A stretch of 49,713 nucleotides of DNA from Candidatus Hadarchaeales archaeon. Its GTDB lineage: Archaea; Hadarchaeota; Hadarchaeia; Hadarchaeales; Hadarchaeaceae. The stretch spans positions 1 to 49,713 of the forward strand of contig JAWCLG010000006.1 of assembly GCA_038851075.1 (NCBI GenBank), given 5' to 3'. The position numbers were made by a program, and so were the translations under genes. The notes below the pieces were generated by a model. The model searched no databases and was not told where the DNA came from. It saw only the letters and a program-made list of their open reading frames with translations. How positions within the stretch are numbered: the stretch's first letter is position 1; each line of letters begins with the position of its first letter. Below are positions 21,134 through 31,231 of this stretch, piece by piece.

Positions 21134-22549
21134 ATGAGAACCGGGTACGGACGTGAGAGTGTAGAGTACACCGAAGGCGTGAAACTTCTTCTCGGGGAGC
21201 CCAGAAAGGCGATTCTGAAACTCTCCATACCCATGGTTGTCGCCATGCTGGTTCAGACAACATATAATCTGGTTGACGCCATATGGGTTTCAGGACTTGG
21301 CACCGCGGCGCTTGCGGCAGTCGGTTTCGTGTTTCCGTTCTACACGATGCTCAACGCCATATCGACAGGCATCGGGGTCGGCGCCACGACAAACATATCA
21401 AGAAGAATCGGGGCTGGAAACAGGAGGGGTGCCGGAAGTGTGGCTACTCATTCCCTGCTCATGCCACTGCTCCTGTGGACGGCTTTCTCGCTGCCGCTTC
21501 TGCTGCTATCCGGACCGGTATTCCGAACGGTCGGAGCGGGGGATGTTCTGGATCAGACCTACGCATACGGAAGCGTGATACTGGCAGGGTCTCTGTTTCT
21601 CATGTTTTCAAACATCGGAAACGCCGTTCTGCGCGGGGAGGGTGATGCGAAGAGGGCGATGACTGCGATGGTTATCGGCGCCATGCTCAACATCTTCCTG
21701 GACCCGGTTTTCATATACGCGCTCGACATGGGGATAGCCGGAGCGGCCTGGGCAACCATCCTCTCACTATCGGTTTCCTCCATGCTCATGATTTACTGGA
21801 TGATCATGAAAAGGAGCACTTACGTTGAAATCGGATTCAGAAAATTCAGGCTTGACGGAAACGTTGTGAAGGACATTTTCAGGGTGGGAATACCGTCCTC
21901 CGCAATACAGCTTTCGATGTCTTTCTCGATGGTCCTGATCAACTTTCTTCTGGTGGCGCTGCCCTCCGGAGGAACGGACGGCGTTGCCGTGTTCGGGACC
22001 GGCTGGAAGGTTGTGACCATCGGGACCATGCCGCTCTCAGGCATAGCGACAGCCGTGATAGCCATCAGCGCTGCGGCGATCGGGCAGCGGCTTCCAGAAA
22101 AACTCAGCGCGGTTCACCTAGAGGCGATAAAAATTGGTATGGCAATGGAGATCCCGATAATGATCGCCACCGCAGTTTTTGCCCCGCAGATCGCGCTCGC
22201 GTTCACTTACTCCGAGGGCTCCGCACGCATCTATGGAGACATCGTGAGATTTCTGAGGACGATAGTTATCTTTTACCCGTTCCTCTCGTTCGGAATGATT
22301 TCATCTGCAATGTTCCAGGGGGTGGGCAGAGGGATATACTCGCTCGCCGTGACGGTAACGAGATCGATATTCCTGATCTGGCTCTACATATTCGCCCTGG
22401 CGTTCGCGCTGAACATGGGGTTGCCCGGAGCGTGGTGGGGGATAGTGCTGGCGAACGTGACAGGATCGATCATCGGGTTCACCTGGGCGAGAATTTACAT
22501 AAGAAGACTTCAGAGGCACGGCAACGAAACAAAAAACCTAGAAAAATGA
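21134..22549 (+). CDS. MATE efflux transporter
   Basis: YNLVDAIWV, LRGEGD, LDPVFI..GIAGAAWAT; about 12 TM. Confidence 0.95.
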   Translation: MRTGYGRESVEYTEGVKLLLGEPRKAILKLSIPMVVAMLVQTTYNLVDAIWVSGLGTAALAAVGFVFPFYTMLNAISTGIGVGATTNISRRIGAGNRRGAGSVATHSLLMPLLLWTAFSLPLLLLSGPVFRTVGAGDVLDQTYAYGSVILAGSLFLMFSNIGNAVLRGEGDAKRAMTAMVIGAMLNIFLDPVFIYALDMGIAGAAWATILSLSVSSMLMIYWMIMKRSTYVEIGFRKFRLDGNVVKDIFRVGIPSSAIQLSMSFSMVLINFLLVALPSGGTDGVAVFGTGWKVVTIGTMPLSGIATAVIAISAAAIGQRLPEKLSAVHLEAIKIGMAMEIPIMIATAVFAPQIALAFTYSEGSARIYGDIVRFLRTIVIFYPFLSFGMISSAMFQGVGRGIYSLAVTVTRSIFLIWLYIFALAFALNMGLPGAWWGIVLANVTGSIIGFTWARIYIRRLQRHGNETKNLEK

Positions 22550-23767
22550 AAGGAAGACCATGTAAACGGCCGCGTTCACCAGTGTGAGCGGTGCTCCGAC
22601 CTTAACGAAATCAGTAAAGCTCAGCGTGCTTCCCCTCTTTTCAGCATTCTGAACTATTATGACGTTGCTTGCAGCGCCCAAAATCGTGAGGTTTCCGGCT
22701 ATAGTGCTTCCTGCCGCCAGAGCCATGAGGCCGGCCGTCGGCGCCTTTGCGACGAGAGGAAGGATCAGGGCGACGAGAGGAACGTTGGAGATGAACTGGC
22801 TCAGAACTACGCTGAAAGCGACAATAGAGTAATTTGAAAGAAAAGTTCCCTCGCCGATCAGCGACTGTATGAAACCGGTTTCCCACACGCTCTCCATCAA
22901 AATGAACATCGACGCGAAGAAAACCAGGGTTTGCCAGTCCATCTTTCGCAGTATTTCCTTTCTCCTCGGTCCCATCAATAGGACAGGTGCAGCCGCCGCG
23001 AGTGCGATTATCGTCAGGCTGAAGTCGATCCCGGTGTTCAGGAGGGCAAGCGCTATCTTAACCGTGACCATGGCTCCGAGAACAAAAAGGGATATCCTAC
23101 AGGTCGTGGCAAGCTTTTTGTCCCGGACCTCCCCGCCAGCATTCCTGATTTTTCTCATCCCGAACTCCTTTCTGAAAAACACCCTCAGAAGGAGATACGC
23201 AAGAAGGAGGTTGATAAAAGTGGGGATTAGGAGGTACTGGAAAAATGTGATGAACGGACTGCGCACACCTCCCCTTACGGCTATCAGCAAGTTCTGCGGG
23301 TTACCGATCGGACTCATCGCGCTGCCTATCGTGACCGCAAACGCAAGCGAGAGAAGCATGAGCTTGGGCGAGATGCGGTGCGACCTGGCCAGCAGCAGAA
23401 CGAGCGGGGTGCCGATTATCGCCATCGTGTCGTTCATCAGGAACGCTGAGGCGAAACCCACGAAGAAAAGAACCGAGAGGACAAGCGAGTCCACGGAACG
23501 TGCCCTGCCGAAGAGAACGCGGGAAATGCGCGAGATGTATCCGCTCTCGTCAAGAGCCTGTCCGACCACGAACATCCCGAAAAGAAAAAACATCACGTTA
23601 AGATCTATAGAAAGTGCGGCATTCAACGGGGATATCTGCCCGGTCACTAGGACCGCCGCAGCACCTGCGAACATTATCTGCCATATCTGAAGCCTGAGCC
23701 CCCCAACCTGCCTGATTGCCACCAGCAGAAAAACAACAGCCAGCACTACAACCGGGATTACGGCCAT
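22538..23767 (-). CDS. ArsB/NhaD/CitM-family anion permease
   Basis: LMND, SPIGNPQN, ISNVP, GNLTILGAASN. Confidence 0.9.
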   Translation of the reverse strand: MAVIPVVVLAVVFLLVAIRQVGGLRLQIWQIMFAGAAAVLVTGQISPLNAALSIDLNVMFFLFGMFVVGQALDESGYISRISRVLFGRARSVDSLVLSVLFFVGFASAFLMNDTMAIIGTPLVLLLARSHRISPKLMLLSLAFAVTIGSAMSPIGNPQNLLIAVRGGVRSPFITFFQYLLIPTFINLLLAYLLLRVFFRKEFGMRKIRNAGGEVRDKKLATTCRISLFVLGAMVTVKIALALLNTGIDFSLTIIALAAAAPVLLMGPRRKEILRKMDWQTLVFFASMFILMESVWETGFIQSLIGEGTFLSNYSIVAFSVVLSQFISNVPLVALILPLVAKAPTAGLMALAAGSTIAGNLTILGAASNVIIVQNAEKRGSTLSFTDFVKVGAPLTLVNAAVYMVFLSFF

Positions 23768-23851
23768 GTGAGACCTCCAGACGATCGACGAACCGCCATT
23801 CTCCTACACCCGGCAAGTTAATACATTTTGGCATCAGAAAACGTAACTGGT

Positions 23852-23948
23852 AGCCCCGTGGTGTAGATTCGCCCTTAAAGCGGAGCACATCGGTCAAGCA
23901 TCCGGGCCTTTGGAGCCCGTGACGGCGGTTCGAATCCGCCCGGGGCTA
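23852..23948 (+). tRNA. tRNA-Gln(TTG) with 24-nt D-loop intron (23867-23890, position 15/16)
   Basis: AGCCCCG/CGGGGCT-A acceptor, CGGGC CT TTG GA GCCCG, GGCGG TTCGAAT CCGCC; CCA not encoded. Confidence 0.92.
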
Positions 23949-26075
23949 TCACAGGTAGAAAAAGGATGGGACGCTTTTAGGCCTATCGACCACTCTGAAC
24001 GTGTCCTCGTTTTCGGCTATTGTCCTGCCCCTGTGCCTGATCACTGCCTTAACCTTCCACTGCCCGGTTTCCGCATTCGGCGGAATTGGAATGACCTCCA
24101 TGGGCCTCAGCGGATATACGGTCCTCACACCATCCGCAGGTATGTCGATTCTGCCCTCTTTCTCAAAAAGTACCTTTCCAGAAGGAGACTCTACCCACCA
24201 CCTGTAACTCGCACCGTCGAACTCGGCATGAAGATCATTTATCACCGTGAATTCACCGAAGAATCCTGCTCCCCGGGAGAACTCCTCTCTGGGCGGGGTG
24301 AGCATGATGTAGATCGGAGAATAGACCTTCTTAAGAGTGAAATATGCCTTCTTTGGTCTTCTGTAATAGTCAACCACCGACCATGTAATGGCCGGCCATG
24401 GATCAACAAACATGAACTGAAAAACTCCGGTCACTCCGGTGTACTTCCTTCTCCTGTACTGCTCAATCGCGAACTTGAGAAGCCTCGACTGGTAGTCCTG
24501 AGAGTTCTCGACAAATTCCTCAAGCGATTTTCCCATTTCTACCTTCGCCGCCCTGAACGTCTCCTCGTACTGAAAGTTGTGAAACGCCCATCTCTTCCAG
24601 TTTGGCGGCCAAGCATCTTTACCGAAAGCCCTCTTCATCGAATCAACGTTCATCAGCGCCTGAGCCCCGAATTCGGTTGGGCACGGACACCCTGGAATCC
24701 CGATGTACATGTGATAGTCTCCGTGATACCAGCCGGGGTAAGGATGCTCTCTGAACTCGCTCGCCATGTGGACGTGCCTCGTGACGTCCAGTCCTTTCGC
24801 AAGCCTGTAAAGGGCGCTGTCTAGTTTCCGGTTGAACTCCTGCGGCTCGTTATGGCAGCACCACACCACGATGCTCGGATGGTTGAAAAAGGTGCTGATC
24901 ATCTCTTTCATCATCGGGAGCGCCTTGGTTGCAATGCTGTTGTCGTAGGACCACTGCAGAGGAAAGTCCTGCCATATGAGTATGCCCATCTCGTCGGCAA
25001 CATCGTAAAGTTCATCCCTCTCCACATGCGCGTGAACCCTCACGAAGTTCACATTGCATTCCCTGATCATCCTGAAATCTCTTTCGTATCTCTCCCTGTT
25101 CATCTCAGACAGCCACTGAGTGTGTATTACGTTGGTTCCCCGCGGGAAGAATCTCCTTCCGTTGATTCGCCAGGTCCAGTCCCGATCGAGCGTTAGCCTT
25201 CTGACGCCGAACCTCCCGCGCACCCTGTCGCTGATCCCGGCCTCGGTTCTGACCTCAAGCTCGAAGAAGTACATGTCCGGCACACCCTGATCCCACTGCC
25301 ACCAGAGCCGTGGTCGGTTCAGCAGGAGCTTAAAATCAGTCCGATTCACGCCGGGTTTAAGTTCAACCTTTTTTCTCAACCTGCAGGCTGACCATTTAAA
25401 TGTCTCCCCGCCGATTTGAAGTTCAATCTCCGCACCAACCTTTTCGGTTCCCAGATTTCCCAGCAGAACGCGCGGACGGACAAGCGCCTGTCCTTTTCCG
25501 AACTCCTGGAAAATATTAACCGCGTCAACCTTGACCTGACCGGTGGTTATGAGCTGCACGGAGTTCCATATCCCACCGGTGTTCCACCTCTGGCCATCTC
25601 TGCTCACGCCGCCGGGCCTGCAGTCGTGGTGCCCGTAAACTCCCTTCACAATCCTTTTGCGATTGGGCCAGTCCTCCTCCCTCTCCCACGGTGAATCCAC
25701 CTCAACCGCAAGCAGGTTTTCCTTTTCCAAAATTCCGCTAACGTTGAACTCAAAAGGCGCGAAGTATCCCTCATGGCGCCCCAGATATCTTCCGTTCAAC
25801 CATACCCGGGCAGCATAGTCAACCCCGTTGAACCTCAGCGTTGCCCATCCGGAGTCCCGGGCCCTGAAGTTCTTTCTGAACCATACCTTTCCGTGATAAT
25901 CCTCCAGTCCGCCCAGATGCCAGTTCACCGGAATTCTCATCCGACCCCAGCCGGAATCGCTAAGATCCGGGGCTTGCGGGCGATCTGCCGTTACTCTGTC
26001 AGATGTTCTGAACCTCCAGACTCCATCGAGGCCCTGCAGATATCCTTTTTCTCTTGACAGGAACAAAACAGGCAC
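23949..26075 (-). CDS. Glycoside hydrolase family 2 (beta-mannosidase/galactosidase-like)
   Basis: F.GVDY, HEGYFAPF, WQDFPLQW, HPSIVVWCCHNE, TEFG. Confidence 0.93.
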   Translation of the reverse strand: MPVLFLSREKGYLQGLDGVWRFRTSDRVTADRPQAPDLSDSGWGRMRIPVNWHLGGLEDYHGKVWFRKNFRARDSGWATLRFNGVDYAARVWLNGRYLGRHEGYFAPFEFNVSGILEKENLLAVEVDSPWEREEDWPNRKRIVKGVYGHHDCRPGGVSRDGQRWNTGGIWNSVQLITTGQVKVDAVNIFQEFGKGQALVRPRVLLGNLGTEKVGAEIELQIGGETFKWSACRLRKKVELKPGVNRTDFKLLLNRPRLWWQWDQGVPDMYFFELEVRTEAGISDRVRGRFGVRRLTLDRDWTWRINGRRFFPRGTNVIHTQWLSEMNRERYERDFRMIRECNVNFVRVHAHVERDELYDVADEMGILIWQDFPLQWSYDNSIATKALPMMKEMISTFFNHPSIVVWCCHNEPQEFNRKLDSALYRLAKGLDVTRHVHMASEFREHPYPGWYHGDYHMYIGIPGCPCPTEFGAQALMNVDSMKRAFGKDAWPPNWKRWAFHNFQYEETFRAAKVEMGKSLEEFVENSQDYQSRLLKFAIEQYRRRKYTGVTGVFQFMFVDPWPAITWSVVDYYRRPKKAYFTLKKVYSPIYIMLTPPREEFSRGAGFFGEFTVINDLHAEFDGASYRWWVESPSGKVLFEKEGRIDIPADGVRTVYPLRPMEVIPIPPNAETGQWKVKAVIRHRGRTIAENEDTFRVVDRPKSVPSFFYL

Positions 26076-26477
26076 CTACTGTTTCAGGTAGTTCTTCCAG
26101 TTCTTCATAACGAGAGCGGCACCGCCGAAAACCATCGCTATGCCGGTTACGGCAATCAGCATTCCGGTAAGAGCAGGCTGCCACTCTGCCGCCATGAGCC
26201 AGACCCCCACAACCAGGAGGAAAATGCCAAACGCAACACAGGCCAGGTTGTTTGAGGGCTTTGTCTGCCAGACTCTGCTCGCACCCGCGAATATCATCAG
26301 CACGCCTGCGACGAACAAGCAGACTCCGACCACCACGGTCCTGGAGGTGCTCATGGTGCCTATTCCGTGGTTGATCGCGAGCGCACCTCCTATGATCAGA
26401 GCAAATCCTGCTATGATCAAAACGAAGTACTTTGTCGGATCAGGAAGTCTGGGCGGCGTGTACGCAACCTCTGACAT
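26076..26477 (-). CDS. Four-TM membrane protein
   Basis: Four hydrophobic segments; abuts GH2 start. Confidence 0.7.
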   Translation of the reverse strand: MSEVAYTPPRLPDPTKYFVLIIAGFALIIGGALAINHGIGTMSTSRTVVVGVCLFVAGVLMIFAGASRVWQTKPSNNLACVAFGIFLLVVGVWLMAAEWQPALTGMLIAVTGIAMVFGGAALVMKNWKNYLKQ

Positions 26478-26539
26478 CAAATGCACCTGCCAATATCATA
26501 TCGCTGGGCTTATCAATTTTTTGCAACCTCCTGACAGGC

Positions 26540-27871
26540 TCAGCCCGCCCCCCAGAGCACCAGCTCAAGCATAAGCGTTGCGCATGCGACTAGGGTTACG
26601 GGAATCATGACCGCAAAACCGTATTTTGAAAACTTTGAAAATGAGATGTTCTGTCCCCTCTCCGAGAGTATGTCTGCCCACATTATGCCGGCCAGGGCCC
26701 CTATCAGGGTGAGGTTCGCCCCAAAGTTGCTGCCCGCTATCAGCGCTAATGACGAGCCGAGCCTCTGGGTCGCCGGGAGCTGCAGGCCCTGGATGCCTCT
26801 CACGAAGAAAATGACCATCGGATGGTGGTTCATCAGACACGCCATCAGGGATGAAAGAACACATACCCCGAACACCATTCCCAGCATGCTTCCGGAGAGA
26901 TATCCTACTACATCGGAAAACAGCGATATCCAGCCTGCGGACGCCATGCTCTCAATTATGATGAACAGTCCGAGGAGAAATGGAACAGTCTTCCAGGGGA
27001 CTTTTGACACAACATGAAAGACGCCAGAACGGTAACGAAGGGCGTCATTGACCAAAACCGCAGAGGCCATAATCAGGGGAAAAATCCAGACAGGCAACCC
27101 GGTCCAGCTGGATGGAATGCTCATGAGGACAATGACCAGTATGAGCGCAAGCAGACCGAACGAGGCGCTCTTTTTATCACGGATGGAAACTACCGAGAGC
27201 CCCGGACCGTCAATCTTCTGTGGGATATCCTGCCTGAAAATCAACCAGAGCATGCCCAGACACGCCACCGCAGAAACCAGTGATGGAAGCAGCATCCATT
27301 TCGCGTACTCAGCGAAGTTTATCCCTGCGGCGTCGGCGACCACGATGTTTGTCGGGTTCCCTATGTAGAGCGCCATCCCCGCTATGTTGACCGCAAAAAA
27401 TTGGGCGAAGAGGAAGGGCATCGGTTTCATTCCTGAATTGCGGGCTATGTAGAGGACTATGAACGTCATGGTCAGTATTATTATGTCATTGTCCGTGAAG
27501 AGAGTCAGCAGCAGCGTTAACAGGAATATATACAGAAAGAGCCTCCTTCCGGAGTTCCCGGCCAGCCTAGCCACCCTGAGCGAAATATATTCGAAGAAGC
27601 CTGAGATCTCCAGAGAGATGCATATGTAAGAGAGAGAAAGTATCAGGATCAGTACGGAATAAGGTTTGAGGCCGTCTGAACCGAATATTCCGCTGAGGAC
27701 AACGGCGGGCGGCGCGGAGAGCGTGATGATAAGAAAGATCACGCCCAGAACCGGCGCCAGCCCGTAGTCGAGGTGAATGTACTTGTATGTGAGGGGGATC
27801 CTGACAAAAGGGTGTTTGAAAACCAGAAAGATCGTCGCTATGAAAACAGCAAGGGGCAGAGGATTGTACAA
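26540..27871 (-). CDS. ArsB/NhaD-family transporter
   Basis: TDNDIIIL, IGNPTN, GSNFGANLT.IGALAG. Confidence 0.9.
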   Translation of the reverse strand: MYNPLPLAVFIATIFLVFKHPFVRIPLTYKYIHLDYGLAPVLGVIFLIITLSAPPAVVLSGIFGSDGLKPYSVLILILSLSYICISLEISGFFEYISLRVARLAGNSGRRLFLYIFLLTLLLTLFTDNDIIILTMTFIVLYIARNSGMKPMPFLFAQFFAVNIAGMALYIGNPTNIVVADAAGINFAEYAKWMLLPSLVSAVACLGMLWLIFRQDIPQKIDGPGLSVVSIRDKKSASFGLLALILVIVLMSIPSSWTGLPVWIFPLIMASAVLVNDALRYRSGVFHVVSKVPWKTVPFLLGLFIIIESMASAGWISLFSDVVGYLSGSMLGMVFGVCVLSSLMACLMNHHPMVIFFVRGIQGLQLPATQRLGSSLALIAGSNFGANLTLIGALAGIMWADILSERGQNISFSKFSKYGFAVMIPVTLVACATLMLELVLWGAG

Positions 27872-27889
27872 GCAATTTCACCCATCAAG

Positions 27890-28288
27890 TCACTTGCCCT
27901 CCTCGGCCCTCTTCACAACCACCACCGTACATGGCGCGTTCTTAAGTATGTAATCGGTAACGTTTTCGGAGATGGCGCCGAGGATTCCCTTTTTAGGTAT
28001 CGTGCCGGTGACTATAATGTCGCAGTCGTTCTTTTTCGCAAAAGATACTATGGCTCCACCCACCTCGGTCGCCTCCACAAGCTCCAGCCCGGCATCAATC
28101 CCCTCCCTATTGAGAGCATCTATAATCCACGCAAACCTCTCAGCGGCATCCTTTTTCACAAGCTCGCTCAGCACCCTCACCACGTTCAGAACGATGACTT
28201 TTGTCTCCCTGCTGCAAAGCTTTGCCGCAACATTAACAACCTCCTCGGGCGTGGCATCGGTCACGCAGAGAACCATTCTCCGGTACAA
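27890..28288 (-). CDS. Universal stress protein
   Basis: DIIVTG..G..G...V.DYILKNAPCTVVVVK; probable TTG start (MYRRM). Confidence 0.9.
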   Translation of the reverse strand: MYRRMVLCVTDATPEEVVNVAAKLCSRETKVIVLNVVRVLSELVKKDAAERFAWIIDALNREGIDAGLELVEATEVGGAIVSFAKKNDCDIIVTGTIPKKGILGAISENVTDYILKNAPCTVVVVKRAEEGK

Positions 28289-28342
28289 AACTACACCCAA
28301 TCTGGATAACGCTGGAAACATTAAAAGGTTGGGGAGGCGGAT

Positions 28343-28759
28343 TCAACCGAAGTAGCTCGGACTCTCTCCTTCCTGCTTCTGTGGAGGCCTGACGCCAGGG
28401 AGCGGTACCGGAGGGGGTACGTTGAGGCTTCTAGAGACTATCGTGGCCTCCACCAAGGAGGTGCTCGTTATGGCCTGGAGAAGGACCTGCGGCGGTGCTT
28501 TCTTATCTCTGTATCCTTCCCTGATCTTCTCAATCTCATCCTTTGGACCGGATACCAGCGCCTGCCCCTTTATGTTTATCTGAGCGATTGAAGGCGTGTA
28601 CCCTATCGTCACGACGAACGGAAGCACCAGCTTGTCGTCCTTCGGCTCCACTCCCACTATATTTATGTTCGTGGAGATGTGCACACCCTGAGGAGCGGGC
28701 TCATCCCTTCCCCAGAAGCGCTCGGCTGAGATGTAGTTGATGTCAACTCGAACCTGCAG
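28343..28759 (-). CDS. Hypothetical protein (SecB-like layout), probable CTG start
   Basis: Frame extends 25 codons upstream of the ORF-track start to CTG CAG GTT CGA after GGTGGT; C-terminal VPPPVPLP. Confidence 0.75.
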   Translation of the reverse strand: MQVRVDINYISAERFWGRDEPAPQGVHISTNINIVGVEPKDDKLVLPFVVTIGYTPSIAQINIKGQALVSGPKDEIEKIREGYRDKKAPPQVLLQAITSTSLVEATIVSRSLNVPPPVPLPGVRPPQKQEGESPSYFG

Positions 28760-28810
28760 ATTACCACCGGTTCACAATATCCCATCACGGTATTAAAACT
28801 GTCGAGTGCA

Positions 28811-30109
28811 TCAGTGATCCCTCTCCTCCATTCTCACACGAAACTCGCGCACGAGAGGTCTAGCAAGGTGTCTCCTAGCCCTGGGGGGCACCTCATACGC
28901 CCCAACGTCAAGATCCCTCCGAACCTCAGCCAACCTAGTCGCACCGGGAGGGGCTCTGATTTTGCACCTCCTGCAGGAGTACCCCTTGTTCTTTCCCTCA
29001 GATTTCATCCGCTTTCCACAGGTCGGACAGGCCGGATTGCTCTTTTTGAAAATCCGGGAAAGGCCAATGACTGCTAGCTTTTCGAGATTTATTGTCAATG
29101 GCAGCCCGGGCTTTTCCTTGACGCCACCGCACGCAAGCACTGTGTCCCCCGGTACCAGTTTTTTTACAACATTCCTAAAGTGCCTAGTTGGCTCATACGC
29201 CGCGCAGTGTATCTCTCCAGTATCGTCCTTGAGCCTGAATATCACGTGCCCTCCGGGTATGACCTCAGGAGCACTTGAGACCTTACCCTCCACGATCACG
29301 GACCAATAAGGCTTCACCTCTGAAATCTTAGCCCTTCTTAGATGCTCGTCTGTGCCCTGATTAGTCACAAATATAACGGTCCGATTGACCGGCTCTAGCG
29401 GCCTCAGAATTTTTCTAGCCCTTTCCAATATTTCGGGGCTTTCACCCCTAATACCGTACAGCACGGGACAGGGAGTATGAGGCGTTATCCTAATCTCTCC
29501 CGTGAGCGGATCAATGTTGTCGAATGTTCCAGGATATGTCAGAGAGTCCATTTTGACAACTGACTCGGGATCTACTTTCCTCGGCTTTCCCCAGTTTTCG
29601 GGTGTCCGGTACGCCATCAGCTCGTACGTCCGGTCTTTCTCAAGAGTGTTCCCTATGGCTGCAAGGGCTCCTATTATTCCCCTGCCAAGCTTGAACTTAT
29701 ACAACTCTGCACCGATCTCTTGCGCCAGGGTTTCCGCCTCGTCAATCGTCACTATTTCCTGCACGGCTCTTTTCGAGAACTCCCTGAGGCTATCCGGAAC
29801 CCTGCTCCCACAGTAAAACGCGACGCCGGGATCCGTGCCCTCTGCTTCAATCTCCGCGAGTTCTCCAACCGTTTTCAAAACGATGTCCCTGACCTCCCGA
29901 GTCTGCGATTCGGAAACATCGAGCGAAAAAGCTACGCTGCAGTTTCCTCGGGTTTTATACGGGCACCCGGGATTGAGCCTTATCAGCTTAGGAAAACCTC
30001 TCACAGAAAATCCTCTTTTTTTAAGCCTAGATAGCGCCACCGCCGCAACATACGTGGTACACATCCCTTTTCTGGAGTCGGTATCGTCTATTCCAACCTG
30101 AAAGTTCAC
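28811..30109 (-). CDS. tiaS: tRNA(Ile2)-agmatinylcytidine synthase
   Basis: GIDDTDS..GMCTTY, RLNP..PYKTRGN, TNQGTD, AAYEPT, Zn ribbon; GTG start after GGTGA. Confidence 0.96.
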   Translation of the reverse strand: MNFQVGIDDTDSRKGMCTTYVAAVALSRLKKRGFSVRGFPKLIRLNPGCPYKTRGNCSVAFSLDVSESQTREVRDIVLKTVGELAEIEAEGTDPGVAFYCGSRVPDSLREFSKRAVQEIVTIDEAETLAQEIGAELYKFKLGRGIIGALAAIGNTLEKDRTYELMAYRTPENWGKPRKVDPESVVKMDSLTYPGTFDNIDPLTGEIRITPHTPCPVLYGIRGESPEILERARKILRPLEPVNRTVIFVTNQGTDEHLRRAKISEVKPYWSVIVEGKVSSAPEVIPGGHVIFRLKDDTGEIHCAAYEPTRHFRNVVKKLVPGDTVLACGGVKEKPGLPLTINLEKLAVIGLSRIFKKSNPACPTCGKRMKSEGKNKGYSCRRCKIRAPPGATRLAEVRRDLDVGAYEVPPRARRHLARPLVREFRVRMEERDH

Positions 30110-30217
30110 GCTGATCACCTGCGATAATATGTCTCGCAGGCTTATTATTCGCATCTTGTACGCACACCACAAAATTAAAACGCCCTGCTACCCAAACGGT
30201 GGGCTGGAGGTAAGCAG

Positions 30218-31231
30218 TTGCCATGCATGATCGTAGCGGGGGGGCAGTGGGGTGACGAGGGGAAGGGAAAAATCATAGCATACCTTGCGCTGAAGGACAG
30301 GCCCGATATAATAGCAAGGTCAGGTGTTGGGCCAAATGCGGGGCACACAGTATACTGGAACGGAAAAAAGTTCGGGCTCAGACAGATACCGTGCGGTTTC
30401 GTTTACTCCGATACAAGACTTCTGATAGGCCCGGGTGTGCTGGTCAATCCCAAGGTGCTGATCGATGAAGTTGAGCTGACCGGATCCAAAAACAGAATTG
30501 GAGTTGATGGAGGCTGCGCGATCATAGAGCCCCAACACATCAACGAAGACATGTCTTCTGACTACCTCAAGGAAACAATAGGGACAACAGGCACAGGGTG
30601 CGGCCCGGCCAACGTGGCTAGGGTCAACAGAAAGGTGAGACTTGCCAGAGACGTTCCTGAACTGAAGGATTTCATAGCGGACGTGCCTCTGGAAGTTAAC
30701 CAGGCTATAGACTCGGACAAAAACGTGTTAATTGAGGGGACTCAGGGCTTCGGGCTCTCGCTCTATCACGGCACATATCCCTACGTCACCAGCAAGGACA
30801 CATCAGCGAGTTCGCTCGCCGCCGACGTTGGCGTGGGGCCGACAAAAATCGATGATGTCATGCTGGTTTTCAAGGCGTATGTGTCCCGCGTTGGTGCCGG
30901 ACCTTTCCCAACTGAAATACCTGTCGAGAAGGCCGAGGAGATGGGGATAGTGGAGTTCGGCACTGTTACGGGAAGACGGAGAAGGATAGGAACGTTTGAC
31001 TTCAACCTGGCCAAACGGGCGGTGATGATAAACGGCGCGACCCAGATTGCCATCACATGCATAGACAGGATGTTTAAAGGAGCATCAGGATCCAAATCGT
31101 GGAACAGCCTTCCATCCGACGCCAAAAAGTTCGTTGAAAACGTGGAAAACGAGCTGAAGATCCCTGTCACGATAGTATCTACGGGAGCAGACCTTGAGAA
31201 CATAATCGACATGCGGGCTGAGAAAACTTGA
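30218..31231 (+). CDS. purA: Adenylosuccinate synthetase (short archaeal form)
   Basis: GQWGDEGKGK, NAGHT, EGTQG, GTVTGRRRR. Confidence 0.97.
   Translation: MPCMIVAGGQWGDEGKGKIIAYLALKDRPDIIARSGVGPNAGHTVYWNGKKFGLRQIPCGFVYSDTRLLIGPGVLVNPKVLIDEVELTGSKNRIGVDGGCAIIEPQHINEDMSSDYLKETIGTTGTGCGPANVARVNRKVRLARDVPELKDFIADVPLEVNQAIDSDKNVLIEGTQGFGLSLYHGTYPYVTSKDTSASSLAADVGVGPTKIDDVMLVFKAYVSRVGAGPFPTEIPVEKAEEMGIVEFGTVTGRRRRIGTFDFNLAKRAVMINGATQIAITCIDRMFKGASGSKSWNSLPSDAKKFVENVENELKIPVTIVSTGADLENIIDMRAEKT

Noticed and set aside
23910-24824. 304-aa + strand ORF
   Set aside because: Overlaps the tRNA and is antisense to a clear GH2 gene.
20081-27871. Integrated element at tRNA-Lys or tRNA-Gln
   Set aside because: No integrase and no duplicated tRNA 3' end seen.
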